NCBI RefSeq assembly: GCF_018977255.1
Contig: NW_024704743.1
Location: 8,682,001 to 8,746,000, forward strand
From: Callorhinchus milii
Lineage: Eukaryota
Length of the DNA stretch: 64,000 nucleotides
Direction of reading: 5' to 3'
Under the pieces are notes generated by a model, which was given only the letters and a program-made list of their open reading frames with translations, was not told the DNA's origin and made no database searches. The translations under genes and the position numbers were made by a program. Below, in pieces: positions 53,901-64,000 of the stretch; the stretch's first letter is position 1, and every line of letters begins with the position of its first letter.

Positions 53901-56900
53901 TTTTGTACTAAATTCTTTGAACAACTTGTATTTTAGATTCACTTGAACTTCCAAAACATTTTTGTTCACAGGATCATCCATCCATTCCTCATTTGGTACA
54001 GAAGCTCACTACCAATAATATTCAGCTCATTTTTGCTGTTACAAAACAGTCCCAGGCTGTATATAAGGTAAGATGTACTTCCCAAAAAATATACATGAGG
54101 GAAGAAGCAACCTAGAATCATGGACATTAAACCACAGAAGGAGGCCATTTAGTCCATCATGATTTTAGCTTCTCCACTGGAGTTATCTACTCGAGTTGCT
54201 ACTCTAATTTCTTCCCCACACATATTTTGTAAGACAGGCATCAGATCCAAACAGAAACCCACACCATGCTTCAGAGTTTCCAAATCACTGAGTGTTCTCT
54301 GGTAGTAGGGTTTCCATTTGCCTGGTACAGAGTGTGCACTTTCTCCCCGGAGGAGCACACCCTTCTTATCTAACCCTGGAGAGTTTAGGTACAGGTTGGC
54401 AAGAGTCCAGGCTTAGAAACCCCAGAATGTACATTTGGATACTGCTGGAGTTTAACCAGATAAAACTTGCAACTTACTATTGCAAACATTGGCAAGTTTT
54501 CTGCTGCGTATCTAGCCAGGACCACTATTATTTATTAGAGATTTTGGCTTGCAGAAGTGCTGAATGGGAGGAAACTCCTACCCCAGTGTCTGGTGTGCTT
54601 CTCAAAGTCCTGCTAATAAGCTTTATTGTCTAATCTATCATCAACAGTGGTTTGGGGTTGTATGGACCTGTTTGGTTCAGGTATTGGATTATTGAGCATT
54701 AACTAGATTTTGGTCTCCCGTTGCCTGGTGTGTCATCATGGAATCAACTCAAACCCAAAAAGAAGGTGCTTAGTTCTAACTCCACTAAGTCACCAGTTGG
54801 ACATTAGACATCCGATAAGTGCAGGTTTCAGCTTTTTGGGGTCAGCAAGGTATTTGACACAATTGGAAAGCCATTACGGTGTCTAAGGGTATCCAAACCA
54901 AACTGAGAGTTCCATATATTGCATCTATACATATAAATTTCCTGAGATATTTATTGGAATGAAAAGCGCACTCTCTCGCTGGAGGGATGCATCCTGCTTA
55001 TCTAATTCCAGAGAGTGTTAGGTGCAGGTTGACAAGAGCCAAGGTCCAGAGTGTGCATTGGGGTACTGCCGGAATCTAGCTAAAACTGCATAGCTTGCCA
55101 TTGTCCAGCTCTACCGGTTAGGGCTTTCATTTGCAGGGTTAATGGGAGGTGAGTAGGACGAGTCCCTGGCCTCCTGAGCAGCACAACTCATCCTAACTCA
55201 ATCTGTGAGAACATTGGCATGGTCCTCCTTTCTTACTCGAGCATTTTTTATTTTGTAAATGTTATGTTCTATATTGAGCATTTAAAAAACATTGCTTTCC
55301 CTGTATTACTTGCTTTTCCTCAAGGGAGTGTTGATATCCACCCTCTTCTTGGTCCCGAAAATTAACTTTTAGTGAACAACCCAGAGGCATCAGGTCTAAC
55401 CTGCCTGATTTCTACAGAATGTACCTGCTCCTGCACAAAGCACTAATTGCCTGTTATCTCCTTCCTGGCTAGGGTCCACTGACTACCCAGAAAATACACA
55501 CAGTCACACCACTTTACAGCTTAACCCAAGAAGCACTTTGAGACACCTTGACGACATAATAAGGTACAATATCAAATGCAAAGATTATTATTATTACATC
55601 TAAGTGTCTTTTGGTAGGAAAGTGCTTAGGAATTGGGTCCATGTATCATTTAGGCTATTGTATGATTTATAACGAGATAACTTATGCGAGTTTTACTGTG
55701 TTATTACCTGTCTCCCAGTAAACTGTGTTCTATCCTTAAAGTACATTGAATGTCCTCTTTCGTCTACTTATACTCCTGTGTACTGTTTATCTGGTGCTAT
55801 AATTTCTAAACCATATTCCCACCCTTCTTTCCAATGTCTTCCAGGGAACAATTATTACACTGTTGGTCACCTCTCCCTGTAATTTTTCCTACTTTCATTC
55901 AGAAGAGATTCAGCTCTCTTTATGCCTCATTGATTCAAGACTTGGGACCATCACTGTTGCTATCTTTTGTGCTTGAGAGTGTCGACACATGACCTTCCCC
56001 AAATGACATTCCCAGAATGATGTACATAACCAGATAGAAAATGGAAAGATAATAATGTTGCTCTACTTCAACAGGCACTCCGTGATCTCATTCCAAAATC
56101 TGAAGTAGGGGTTCTGTCATCCAATTCAAGCAATGTAATTAAGTCAGTCCTCGATGCTTATCATGTAAGTATTGTCCATTAAAGTAAATCTCATCTGCTT
56201 CAAAATCAGTTTGGCTTCCTTTGACATTCCAGTGCTTGCAAATGTAATGTTCTATTTTTGTTATCCGATGCAGGCTTTATCTTCTGAGGTTATCCTAGAG
56301 AACAGCAAATTACCAGAAGGAGTGACGATAGATTATACAGCCCACTGTAAGAATAATACTGTCTACAAAGGAGAAGATGGCAGAAAGTGTTCAAGCATTC
56401 AGATTGGTGACGAGGTAAGTAAGAGATCTGTGCAAAGGTAATAATAATAATAATCTTTGCATTTGATAAAGCGCTTTTCATGTCTTCTCCACGTCTCAAA
56501 GCGCTTCACAGAATAGACTGTAAAGTGAATTGACTATATATTTGTGGGCAAACCGCGGCACAGTTAGGGCACAATTGCGCACAGCAGTGTCCCACAAACA
56601 GTCGTGGATTGAAAATGACCAATTTATTATTGTTTTGTTTTGGAGGGATTATTATTAGGCGTGTGGAGTAAAAAACTTGCCCAAGATTTCGCCCTGCCTG
56701 GAATTGAACCCAGGTATTTCGCTTGCAAAGCAAATGCTCTAACCACTGAGCTACAGGCTACAGTTAGGAATTTTTGTTTTGTTTAGCTGGTATCTGAGAT
56801 ATGTGAAAACCTATCACCATGCTTAAGATTATCCAAAGAATACTAAGAGTTTTACAAGTGCACGTTTGGAAATTTCCCTGCATCTGGAATGGAATGTACA

Positions 56901-59900
56901 CTCTCTCCCCCTAGAGGAGCCCACCAAGCTTACCTAATAATACCAGAAAATATCAGGCAAAGTTGGCAAGGCTTGAAGATAGTGTGTTGGGGTACTTGGA
57001 GTCTAACCAGTTAAAATCGTATAGCTCATCATTGTGAATGAGGTCTGGTAAGTTTCCCACAGCTTGTCCAGCTCGTACCGCCCTAACTGGTGTTGTCTTG
57101 CAAAGTTAACAGAAACTGAGCGGGAAGAATCCCTGCCCCTAGGGACCAGTCTGCTCTTCTGACCTTCTGATCTTCATCCATGCCGATGAGGCAGGATGGC
57201 AGATCTGTCATCAGCAGTGTACCGCAGGCCTGCCTGGCTCACAGACCAGACTACCAAGACTGCCACAGAGGGTTGACTGGATTCTGATATTTTGTTGCCA
57301 AGCATGTCACCTTGGAGCCAGCTCAGTCCCAAAGCGACCCTACTTACTTCTCCTCCCCGCCAAGGAAGATAATTACTGATTGGTTTGAGCCCTCACTAGA
57401 TAAGACTTACCAGGATTTACCAGCAAGCTTTGTGGTGAGCAGCACAGCTCTGCACAAAATGCATGAGAGCATAGAAGTATAATGCAATTGAATCCACTGC
57501 TCACACTGAAATCTTAGCCACAAATTGATCATTTCCCAACCAATGGAAATGTGATGTTCTGCTAAACAACTTGAGACCCAAGAAAATGTCTCTTTATCTG
57601 ATTTCTTCCATACGTAATGGGTCTAAGCTGGAATCAGCAATCTAAATGGAAAAGCTCTCCTTCCACCATATCTGGCTTGAAAACTTGGCAATTTCTGTTG
57701 GTTTAGAGCAGTGGTGGCCAACCTTTTTAGTCGTCCAACAAAATAAAATATCTTGATTAATATTCTATGATTCATGCCGTAAATCAAGATATACTCAATC
57801 AAGAAAAACTGAAAGAAAACACACTACCGATTGAACACGAGACTAGTGCAATTGTTTGGGAGGCCGCTTATTGACTGCCAGCTTCAGGTCTGTGGGTCAC
57901 AGGTTGGTCACCACTGGTTTAGAGAAAAGCAACATGGTTAATCCCTGGCTTTAGGATTTAAACTGCTATTTCTACGATCTCCTCCTACCCTACTGCTCTG
58001 TTTGCCCCCACTGATCAGCTAACTCTGGCTTCCTGCACATCCCCCACCCTTCCCATGCCAGCATCAGTAGCCAATTCTTTAGCCTCATCCTCTGGAACTG
58101 CCTCCCTCAACTCTTCCATCTGGCCCACTGTGTATCTGTCTTCAGGTCCTTCCTCAAAACATAGCTCTTTGATTGCACCCATGGTTAACTCTTTCCCCTT
58201 TCTCCCTTACCATTCTACATTATTCTACATTATATTTGTATATAAATACAATTTATTGTTACATTACAAAGAGGGGTTGAAACAGTTGGACTTATTTTCA
58301 TTGAAGAAAACCTACTGAGAGAGAATAGATCCTTAAAAAGCAGATACAACGAATAATGTGGATTATAGAATTGTAGAATGTTACAGTATAGAGGAGCTGC
58401 CACCAAACTGAAAACTGCCACCATCACGCCCACCCTGAAAACGTTTGACCTATAAAGTCTATATTGTTTTTTCCCTCCACATTGCCTAATACTAGGAATC
58501 AAGGGAATTCGCTCCGCGGTCACTTCCCCTCCAACATCCACCAACCCCCCACCCCCTCACTCCCACACTCCGACTGCAACCCATCCTCCCCTACTCACTT
58601 TTGTACCCGTTTCCCCACCCTCGGTCACGAAACTCATCCTATCCCTAAAACCAACCACCTGCTCCCTTGACCCCATCCCCACTCCACTCCTTATCTCCCA
58701 GCTCCACTTTCTTGCCCCACATATCACCGACATCATCAACCTGTCCCTCTCCTCTGGCTCTGTCCCCATTCCCTTAAAAACTGCCACCATCACGCCCACC
58801 CTGAAAAAACCCTCCCTTGATGCGTCGCAGCTATCAAGCTACCGGCCCATCTCCAACCTCCCCTTTCTCTCCAAGGTCCTGGAAAGAGTTGTCGCCTCCC
58901 AACTGCGCTCTTTCCTTTCCACCCATTCTCTTTTCGAACCCCTTCAGTCAGGTTTCCGTGCTGCCCATAGCACAGAAACTGCCCTGGTCAAGGTCACCAA
59001 TGATATCCTGACCATCTGTGACCAGGGCTCCCTCTGCCTCCTCGTCCTCCTCGACCTATCGGCAGCATTCGATACGGTCGACCACGCTATCCTACTCCAC
59101 CGCTTGTCCTCCCACCTCAACCTTCAAGGCACTGTCCTTGAGTGGTTTAGGTCGTACCTTTCTCACCGTCTTCACTTTGTCTCGACGAATGGCTTCTCCT
59201 CCACCCCCCGTACTGTCTCATGTGGTGTCCCTCAGGGCTCTGTCCTCGGTCCCCTCCTCTTCACCCTCTATATGCTCCCCCTTGGTGACATCATCCGCAG
59301 ACATGGAGTTAACTTCCACATGTATGCGGATGACACCCAACTCTACCTTTCCTCCTCTACTCTCAACTCCACGACCACCGATGTCCTGACAGCTGCCTGT
59401 CCGACATCGAGTCCTGGACGAGAGACAACTTTCTTCAGCTCAACGTGCGAAAAACCGAGGCCCTCCTGATTGGCTCACGTCAGCGCCTCCGCACCTCAGG
59501 CGCTGACACCATCAGCATCCAAGGCTGCACTCTCCACCTCTCAAAGCCAGTCAGGAACCTCGGCGTTTTGTTCGACCCTGAGCTGTCCTTTCTCCCTCAC
59601 ATCCGCACCACAACTGGCACCGCCTTCCATCACCTCCGGAACATCGCCAGACTACGCCACTACCTCACCCCTCACGCTGCTGAAACCCTGGTTCACGCCT
59701 TTGTCACCTCAAGGCTGGACTATGGGAACTCTCTCCTCCGGCCTTCCCGCCACCTCCCTCCACAAGCTGCAGGTCATTCAGAACTCTGCAGCTCGTGTAC
59801 TGTCCCGCACCAGGCTTCGGGACCACATCACTCCCACCCTCGCTCGCCTCCACTGGCTCCCCATCCCCCAGAGGATTGATTTCAAGATCCTCATCCTCAC

Positions 59901-62900
59901 CTACAAGGCCATTCACGGCCTCGCTCCCTCCTACCTCTCCAACCTACTATCCCCCTACCTACCTGCCCGTACCCTCCGTTCCTCTGGCTCCGGTCTGCTC
60001 CACGTCCCCCGCCCCAATCGCCCTACCATTGGTGGTCGGGCCTTCAGCCTCTCAGCCCCGAGGCTCTGGAACTCTATCCTCCAGTGCCTTCGCCTTGCTT
60101 CCTCCCTCTCCTCCTTCAAGGCCGGTCTCAAAACCTTTCTCTTTGACCGAGCCTTCAGCTCCCCTCTCGACTCTCTTCCCCCTTCTCGCTCCCTCCTATC
60201 CCTCCCCTCACCCTGACCATTTCCCCCCTCCTCGCTCCCTTCCCTGACCATTTCCCCCCTGCTCGGGTCATGACCCAACTGTGCAGCGCCTTGGGACGTC
60301 CTCCTGACGTGAAAGGCGCTTTATAAATGGAATCTTGTTGTTGATGTTGTTGTACTACTTTTCTGCTTGTTCCTAATTCCTTCAATATTCATCTATCTAA
60401 TTCACTTTAAAAAGAATTTAAGGACTTCGCTTCAAGAACAAATTGTGGCAAGGAACTCTACACTGAGTAGCCATCTTTGAGTAAAGCTTTTAATTTGGAT
60501 AGTGGGCTAGAACTGGAGAATGATAAGAATAATAACACCATTCACATTTGGAGGACGTCCCAAACTGGTTCATATGATATACCGTAAAGTGCAGTGACAG
60601 TGTGTTCTGTGGACGAATGGGAAGGAAATGAGAAATGAAAAGAAAAATACAAAGCTAATGACGCTAAGAATCAAAAGATTACTTTTTCTTCCCAGAGCAG
60701 AAGATATGTCAACAGAAATCCTACGAAAAATTGCTTTGCTAGACTCCTCCAAAATGGACTAGACATGGTTAGGAATACAATTGACAGCCGAAAAAATATG
60801 TGTAATAGGAGATGATTGAATACTATAGAATGTAAAGGCTCCTGAGCTGATAGAACTATGGAAATGTCACATTGTCAAGAACAAATAATGTAGTTTGTAA
60901 GTTGAATTATAAACTGGAACTTGCTTGGGTGGTAGTCAGAGGCATTGCTGAGTCTTTCCTCAGGAGATTAAATATGTTGTCTAGAGGCCATGACAGGCAG
61001 ATTGTCCGTTGTTCAATGCAACAAATGACCTTTTTTCTTTGCTTTCTTGTTATTTGCCCTGCAGGTTTTATAGGCTGAAGTCTATTTCATCCTTGGTTGT
61101 ATGGCTTGAATTCATAAGTACTAACCTTCCCCCATTGTAGTTTCACTGCTGTTTGAACGGACAACCACACAATTCATCAGGGTATGGTGGTCAGCGGGGG
61201 GAAAACCAAATTTTTCAAATACAACCTCTCCCCCCACCAAAAAAAGGAAATATGAAACTATGTGTGTGTGTGTGAAGGAGATAGGGGGGATGTGAAAGTA
61301 TGTGTGTGGAGGAGGTGGAGGAATGTGAAAGTGTGTGTGTGTGTGGAGGGGGGGTTATGAAGGTGTGTGGAGGTGGGGGGAAGGAGAATTATGAAAATGT
61401 GTGGGGTTGGGGGAGGGGGAAGTGAGTTATGAAGGTGGGTGGTGGAAGAGGGGGTTATGAAGGTGTGTGGGGAAGGAGGTTTATGAAGGTGTGTGGGGAA
61501 GTCGGTCTATGAAGGTGTGTGGAGGTTTGGGATGGGAAAGTGGGTTTATGAAGGTGTGTGGGGTAGGGGGATTATGAAGGTGTGTGGGGTTTGGGGACGG
61601 GAAAGGGGGGTTATAAAGGTGTTGGGGGAGGGGGGTTATGAAGGTGTGTGGGGCTATGAGAAGGGGGTTTATGAAAGTGACCGTGCCCTGGTCACGATCT
61701 GATGTAGAACCGTTTTTTGATGAATGGACGTTGGTCTAGGAAAACATTTTTGTAAATCTACAATACTATGCATTTGGTGCCTAATAGTTAGGTCTGCCCA
61801 ACTGCATTTGCTATTAGAAGGACAGACTCCAAGACATAACATCCTTAAAATCTGATTTTGATATGTCATTCGGTTTGCAATTGCAATGACAGGACCTTTC
61901 CACAATACTACTAATGATTACCACTCACAAAGCTTATCAGTTTCTGCCAAAGACTTTTGTTGGGCCATTTCCAAGGTTTAGGTATGATGGCCACTGTGAA
62001 TGTTATGACAGTCATAAAATAGTTAAGACAGCCAATGTTGTAATGTAATATTACATTGTAATTTCAGTTTTCTTGTAAATATTGTCCCTTCCCTGTGCAA
62101 TCAAATGAATGTGCAGCTCAGAGGGCTTCTCAGGTCTGTTTTTGCCTATAAAAACAGTCACTGCATTTGACAGTGAGTTAAATGTTTTGAAATGGTTCAA
62201 CATAATAATGTGCATGTTCTTTACCTCATTAATGCTGGTTGCTAAGAGGGATGTGAGATGCACTTAATTCCCCCTCCTCTTTTGCTCTTGTTTAGCATCT
62301 TGTAGTACTCATTGGGGAACTGATCTACAGTGCTGTCCATCCTTCTCAGTGTACAGGATGTTGCTTTCTAAAGTGCCACTAATTTTTTTAATGTCTTCAA
62401 CCAGCAGCTTATATAGTCTTAAAACTGCACTCAGTGAAGCTGCACCAAACTCCTCATATCCACCACCCCCGTCCTTGCTAATCTCCACTGTCTCTCAGTG
62501 GATTAATTTCAAGGTCCTCACCTACAAATTCATTCTCTCTATGGCATCTCCTTATCTCTCTGATCTTCTCCTACTCCTCCGCTTGGCTTCTCTGCTGTAT
62601 GTTCCCTGCCCTCTCTGCACCAGCATCAGTGGCCAAGCCTTCAGTTCCTACAGCCCGACCCTCTGGAATTCCTTCCCTCTACATCTCGCCTCCTCCCTTT
62701 CTGTTTGGTCTCAAATCTTTGAAGTGCCTACGTCCACCTCCCCTTCTCCCTTCTCAGTATCCACCCCCGTCTCTGAACGTGCTCCAAGTAGTTACCTTAC
62801 GTGAAGTACACTACATACATTTTTAGCTGGTTAGACTTCAGCAGTACCCCAAAACACACTATAGGGTCCCCAAGCCTTGGCTGTTGCCAACCTGCGCCTA

Positions 62901-63438
62901 ATACTTTCCAGAATTAGGTAAGTAGGATGTGTCCCTCCAGGGAGATAGTGCGCATTTCATTCCAACAATCTGTCTCTGCGATTTCCATGTGGAGGTGGGA
63001 TGCATAGTTACAATATCAGTTTAGTTAGGATACTCTTAAGCATGATGATGAGTTTCCGCATGGCAGATACCAGACTGATAACGCCCTCATAAAAAAACAG
63101 TTGTTATTGTTTACTCACCCCGGCTAATGTAAACATAAATATGGTTTTGTGATCTGACCATCAATGACACCACCTGCTTGGGAAGTACCTACAGAGGAGG
63201 ATACGCCACTTTTTTAAAACAGATCTTTTTCCCTTTAGGTGAGCTTCAACATACGTATTACAGCAAACACGTGCCTGGGTAAAGGAAAGAAGGCAACTGT
63301 TGAAATCAAACCGATAGGTTTCAGTGAGAGGGTCAAAGTTACCCTGAGGGTTATTTGTGAATGTGGGTGCCAAGAATTGGCTGTTGTTAACAGCCCAGAA
63401 TGTTACGGGAATGGAGCGCTTGAGTGTGGAGCCTGCAG
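41920..63438 (+). CDS. ITGB1-like: Integrin beta-1-like gene (divergent paralogue), 10 coding exons in window, 3' end beyond window: join(41920..41989,44725..44810,46598..46814,48645..48815,49425..49618,51613..51768,53972..54067,56075..56164,56274..56414,63239..63438)
   Basis: Manual splicing at GT-AG sites gives an uninterrupted 1421-nt frame: signal peptide, PSI ([16 protein letters not shown]), beta-I ([41 protein letters not shown]), hybrid and I-EGF1 (CECGC...[10 protein letters not shown]). Exon sizes 86/171/156/96/90/141/200 equal those recalled for human ITGB1. Confidence 0.93.
42857..43157 (-). mobile_element. Full-length SINE inserted in an L2 3' end
   Basis: Reverse complement of the family; L2 tail on the left (42785-42856) and L2 body on the right (43160-43600). 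Confidence 0.88.
44725..44810 (+). CDS. ITGB1-like: PSI-domain exon (A)[28 protein letters not shown]
   Basis: ttttcatctttcag acceptor, ATA|GTAAGT donor, 86 nt, integrin beta PSI cysteine pattern. Confidence 0.95.
44856..45143 (+). mobile_element. SINE, same family, small internal deletion
   Basis: Head, body and ATT tail recognisable. Confidence 0.88.
46598..46814 (+). CDS. ITGB1-like: PSI/hybrid exon [15 protein letters not shown]...[14 protein letters not shown](G)
   Basis: tttacag acceptor, TCAG|GTAATT donor, 217 nt; RCDD, GCP and QIxPQxLxLxLR motifs of integrin beta chains. Confidence 0.95.
48645..48815 (+). CDS. ITGB1-like: Beta-I domain exon with MIDAS DxSxS ([57 protein letters not shown])
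   Basis: cctcag acceptor, G|GTAAG donor, 171 nt, very close to recalled beta-1 sequence. Confidence 0.96.
49425..49618 (+). CDS. ITGB1-like: Beta-I domain exon ([16 protein letters not shown]...[14 protein letters not shown]), 15 codons shorter than canonical beta-1
   Basis: ccctgcag acceptor, GAG|GTGAGT donor, 194 nt, frame preserved. Confidence 0.94.
49915..50690 (-). mobile_element. L2 LINE 3' fragment (further - strand pieces at 18460-18720, 34110-34830, 40915-41215, 43160-43600, 43985-44325, 46825-47250, 47750-48000)
   Basis: IQNSAARVL...[27 protein letters not shown] on - strand; CAA-repeat tail. Confidence 0.88.
51613..51768 (+). CDS. ITGB1-like: Beta-I domain exon [52 protein letters not shown]
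   Basis: ttttacag acceptor, GAT|GTAAGT donor, 156 nt, [13 protein letters not shown] motif. Confidence 0.95.
53080..53715. mobile_element. Non-autonomous hAT element with internal inverted repeats, 636 bp
   Basis: TIRs CAGGGTGGTCCAAC / GTTGGACCCCTCTG; 8-bp TSD TTCTATGT / GTCTATGT (7 of 8 match). Confidence 0.8.
53972..54067 (+). CDS. ITGB1-like: Beta-I domain exon [32 protein letters not shown]
   Basis: ttgttcacag acceptor, AAG|GTAAGA donor, 96 nt; matches beta-1 DYPSIAHLVQKL..NNIQ.IFAVT. Not in the ORF track. Confidence 0.94.
56075..56164 (+). CDS. ITGB1-like: End of beta-I domain [30 protein letters not shown]
   Basis: caacag acceptor, CAT|GTAAGT donor, 90 nt; LIPKS.VG.LS.NSSNVI motif. 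Confidence 0.94.
56274..56414 (+). CDS. ITGB1-like: Hybrid-domain exon [28 protein letters not shown]...[12 protein letters not shown]
   Basis: tgcag acceptor after a 109-nt intron, GAG|GTAAGT donor, 141 nt. Confidence 0.95.
56439..56757 (-). mobile_element. Full-length SINE, same family
   Basis: Reverse complement of the family, about 25 bp after an exon donor. Confidence 0.88.
57709..57916. mobile_element. Non-autonomous hAT (Charlie-like) MITE, 208 bp
   Basis: TIRs CAGTGGTGGCCAACCT / AGGTTGGTCACCACTG and perfect 8-bp TSD GTTTAGAG (57701-57708, 57917-57924). Confidence 0.92.
58510..60352 (+). mobile_element. L2-clade LINE, 5'-truncated, reverse transcriptase C-terminal half plus 3'UTR, frameshifted
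   Basis: [18 protein letters not shown] and YADDTQLY motifs, [23 protein letters not shown], (TTG)n tail; frames switch near 59395 and 59735. Confidence 0.93.
61260..61680. repeat. Degenerate GT-rich tandem repeat (TATGAAGGTGTGTGGGG core)
   Basis: Core recurs about ten times with G-rich spacers. Confidence 0.85.
63239..63438 (+). CDS. ITGB1-like: Hybrid/I-EGF1 exon [12 protein letters not shown]...ICECGCQ...[12 protein letters not shown](R)
   Basis: ttttccctttag acceptor, AG|GTAGGT donor, 200 nt, CECxC and GNGxxECGxC motifs. Confidence 0.95.
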
Positions 63439-64000
63439 GTAGGTCACTAACCTGGCTACGAAGCAGTAATAGTAAAATTAGCCAGAGCGCTGAAGGAGTA
63501 ATGAATAATAATAATCCTTGTGTTTGATATAGCGCTTTGCCACATCATTGAGACGTTTCAAAGTGCTTCACAGAATATACTGTAAAGTGAATTAACCCTA
63601 TATTTTGTGGACGAAACGCGGCAGTCAATTGCGCACAGATAGTTATGGAATTGAGTAAGGAAATTTGCCTAAGCTTTTGCCCTGTCGGGGAAGGGAACCC
63701 AGGTCCTTTCGCTTGTGAAATGAGTGCTCTAACCAATACTGAAATTGTTAATCAAGACAGGAAACCAACCTAGAATATATGCTGACATCACCTAGAGGGT
63801 AATTTGATTCACCGTTCCTTCAGTACGAGCACTTCCGTAATGGTCCCTTCAAAGCTGCAATAAATGGCTCAGTATCATTACAAATAACGTTATTAAAGCT
63901 GTCAGCAATTTAAATGACTTTAAATGAAAACCCGAGACATCTCACCTAGTCTTAGTCTGTAAATCGATTTAGTCTTCAAATTTAAGATCATATTAAAAAT

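Noticed and set aside
58817..60247. Reverse transcriptase ORFs as a functional gene
   Set aside because: 5'-truncated, frameshifted L2 copy with no endonuclease domain.
41920..63438. Calling the gene canonical ITGB1, ITGB2/ITGB7 or a pseudogene
   Set aside because: Sequence and exon sizes are beta-1-type, but key conserved residues differ from canonical ITGB1; no stops, frameshifts or broken splice sites were seen.

Overview
Vertebrate genomic DNA. The repeat landscape (tRNA-Ala-headed SINEs with an L2-type tail, abundant L2 and CR1 LINE fragments, SacSINE1/Deu-like relics) suggests a cartilaginous fish, possibly a chimaera; this is inference. The main feature is a + strand integrin beta-1-like gene with ten coding exons (41920-63438, all GT-AG, 1421 nt open frame): signal peptide, PSI, hybrid, complete beta-I domain and start of I-EGF1. 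It continues beyond the window. Intron positions match ITGB1 as recalled, but the beta-I domain is remodelled: 15 codons are missing after GFGS, SyMBS and ADMIDAS ligands are lost, and the GDGK loop that docks into the alpha-subunit propeller reads EGGD. MIDAS residues and cysteines are kept. This points to a non-canonical, possibly alpha-independent beta-1 paralogue. A CpG island at about 16.1-16.6 kb, flanked by two minisatellites, holds a probable non-coding first exon of an unidentified - strand gene, head-to-head with the integrin. The rest is intronic or intergenic, with SINEs, LINE fragments, hAT and Tc1/mariner MITEs and an unclassified ~750-bp dispersed repeat. Human ITGB1 comparisons are from memory, not a database search.
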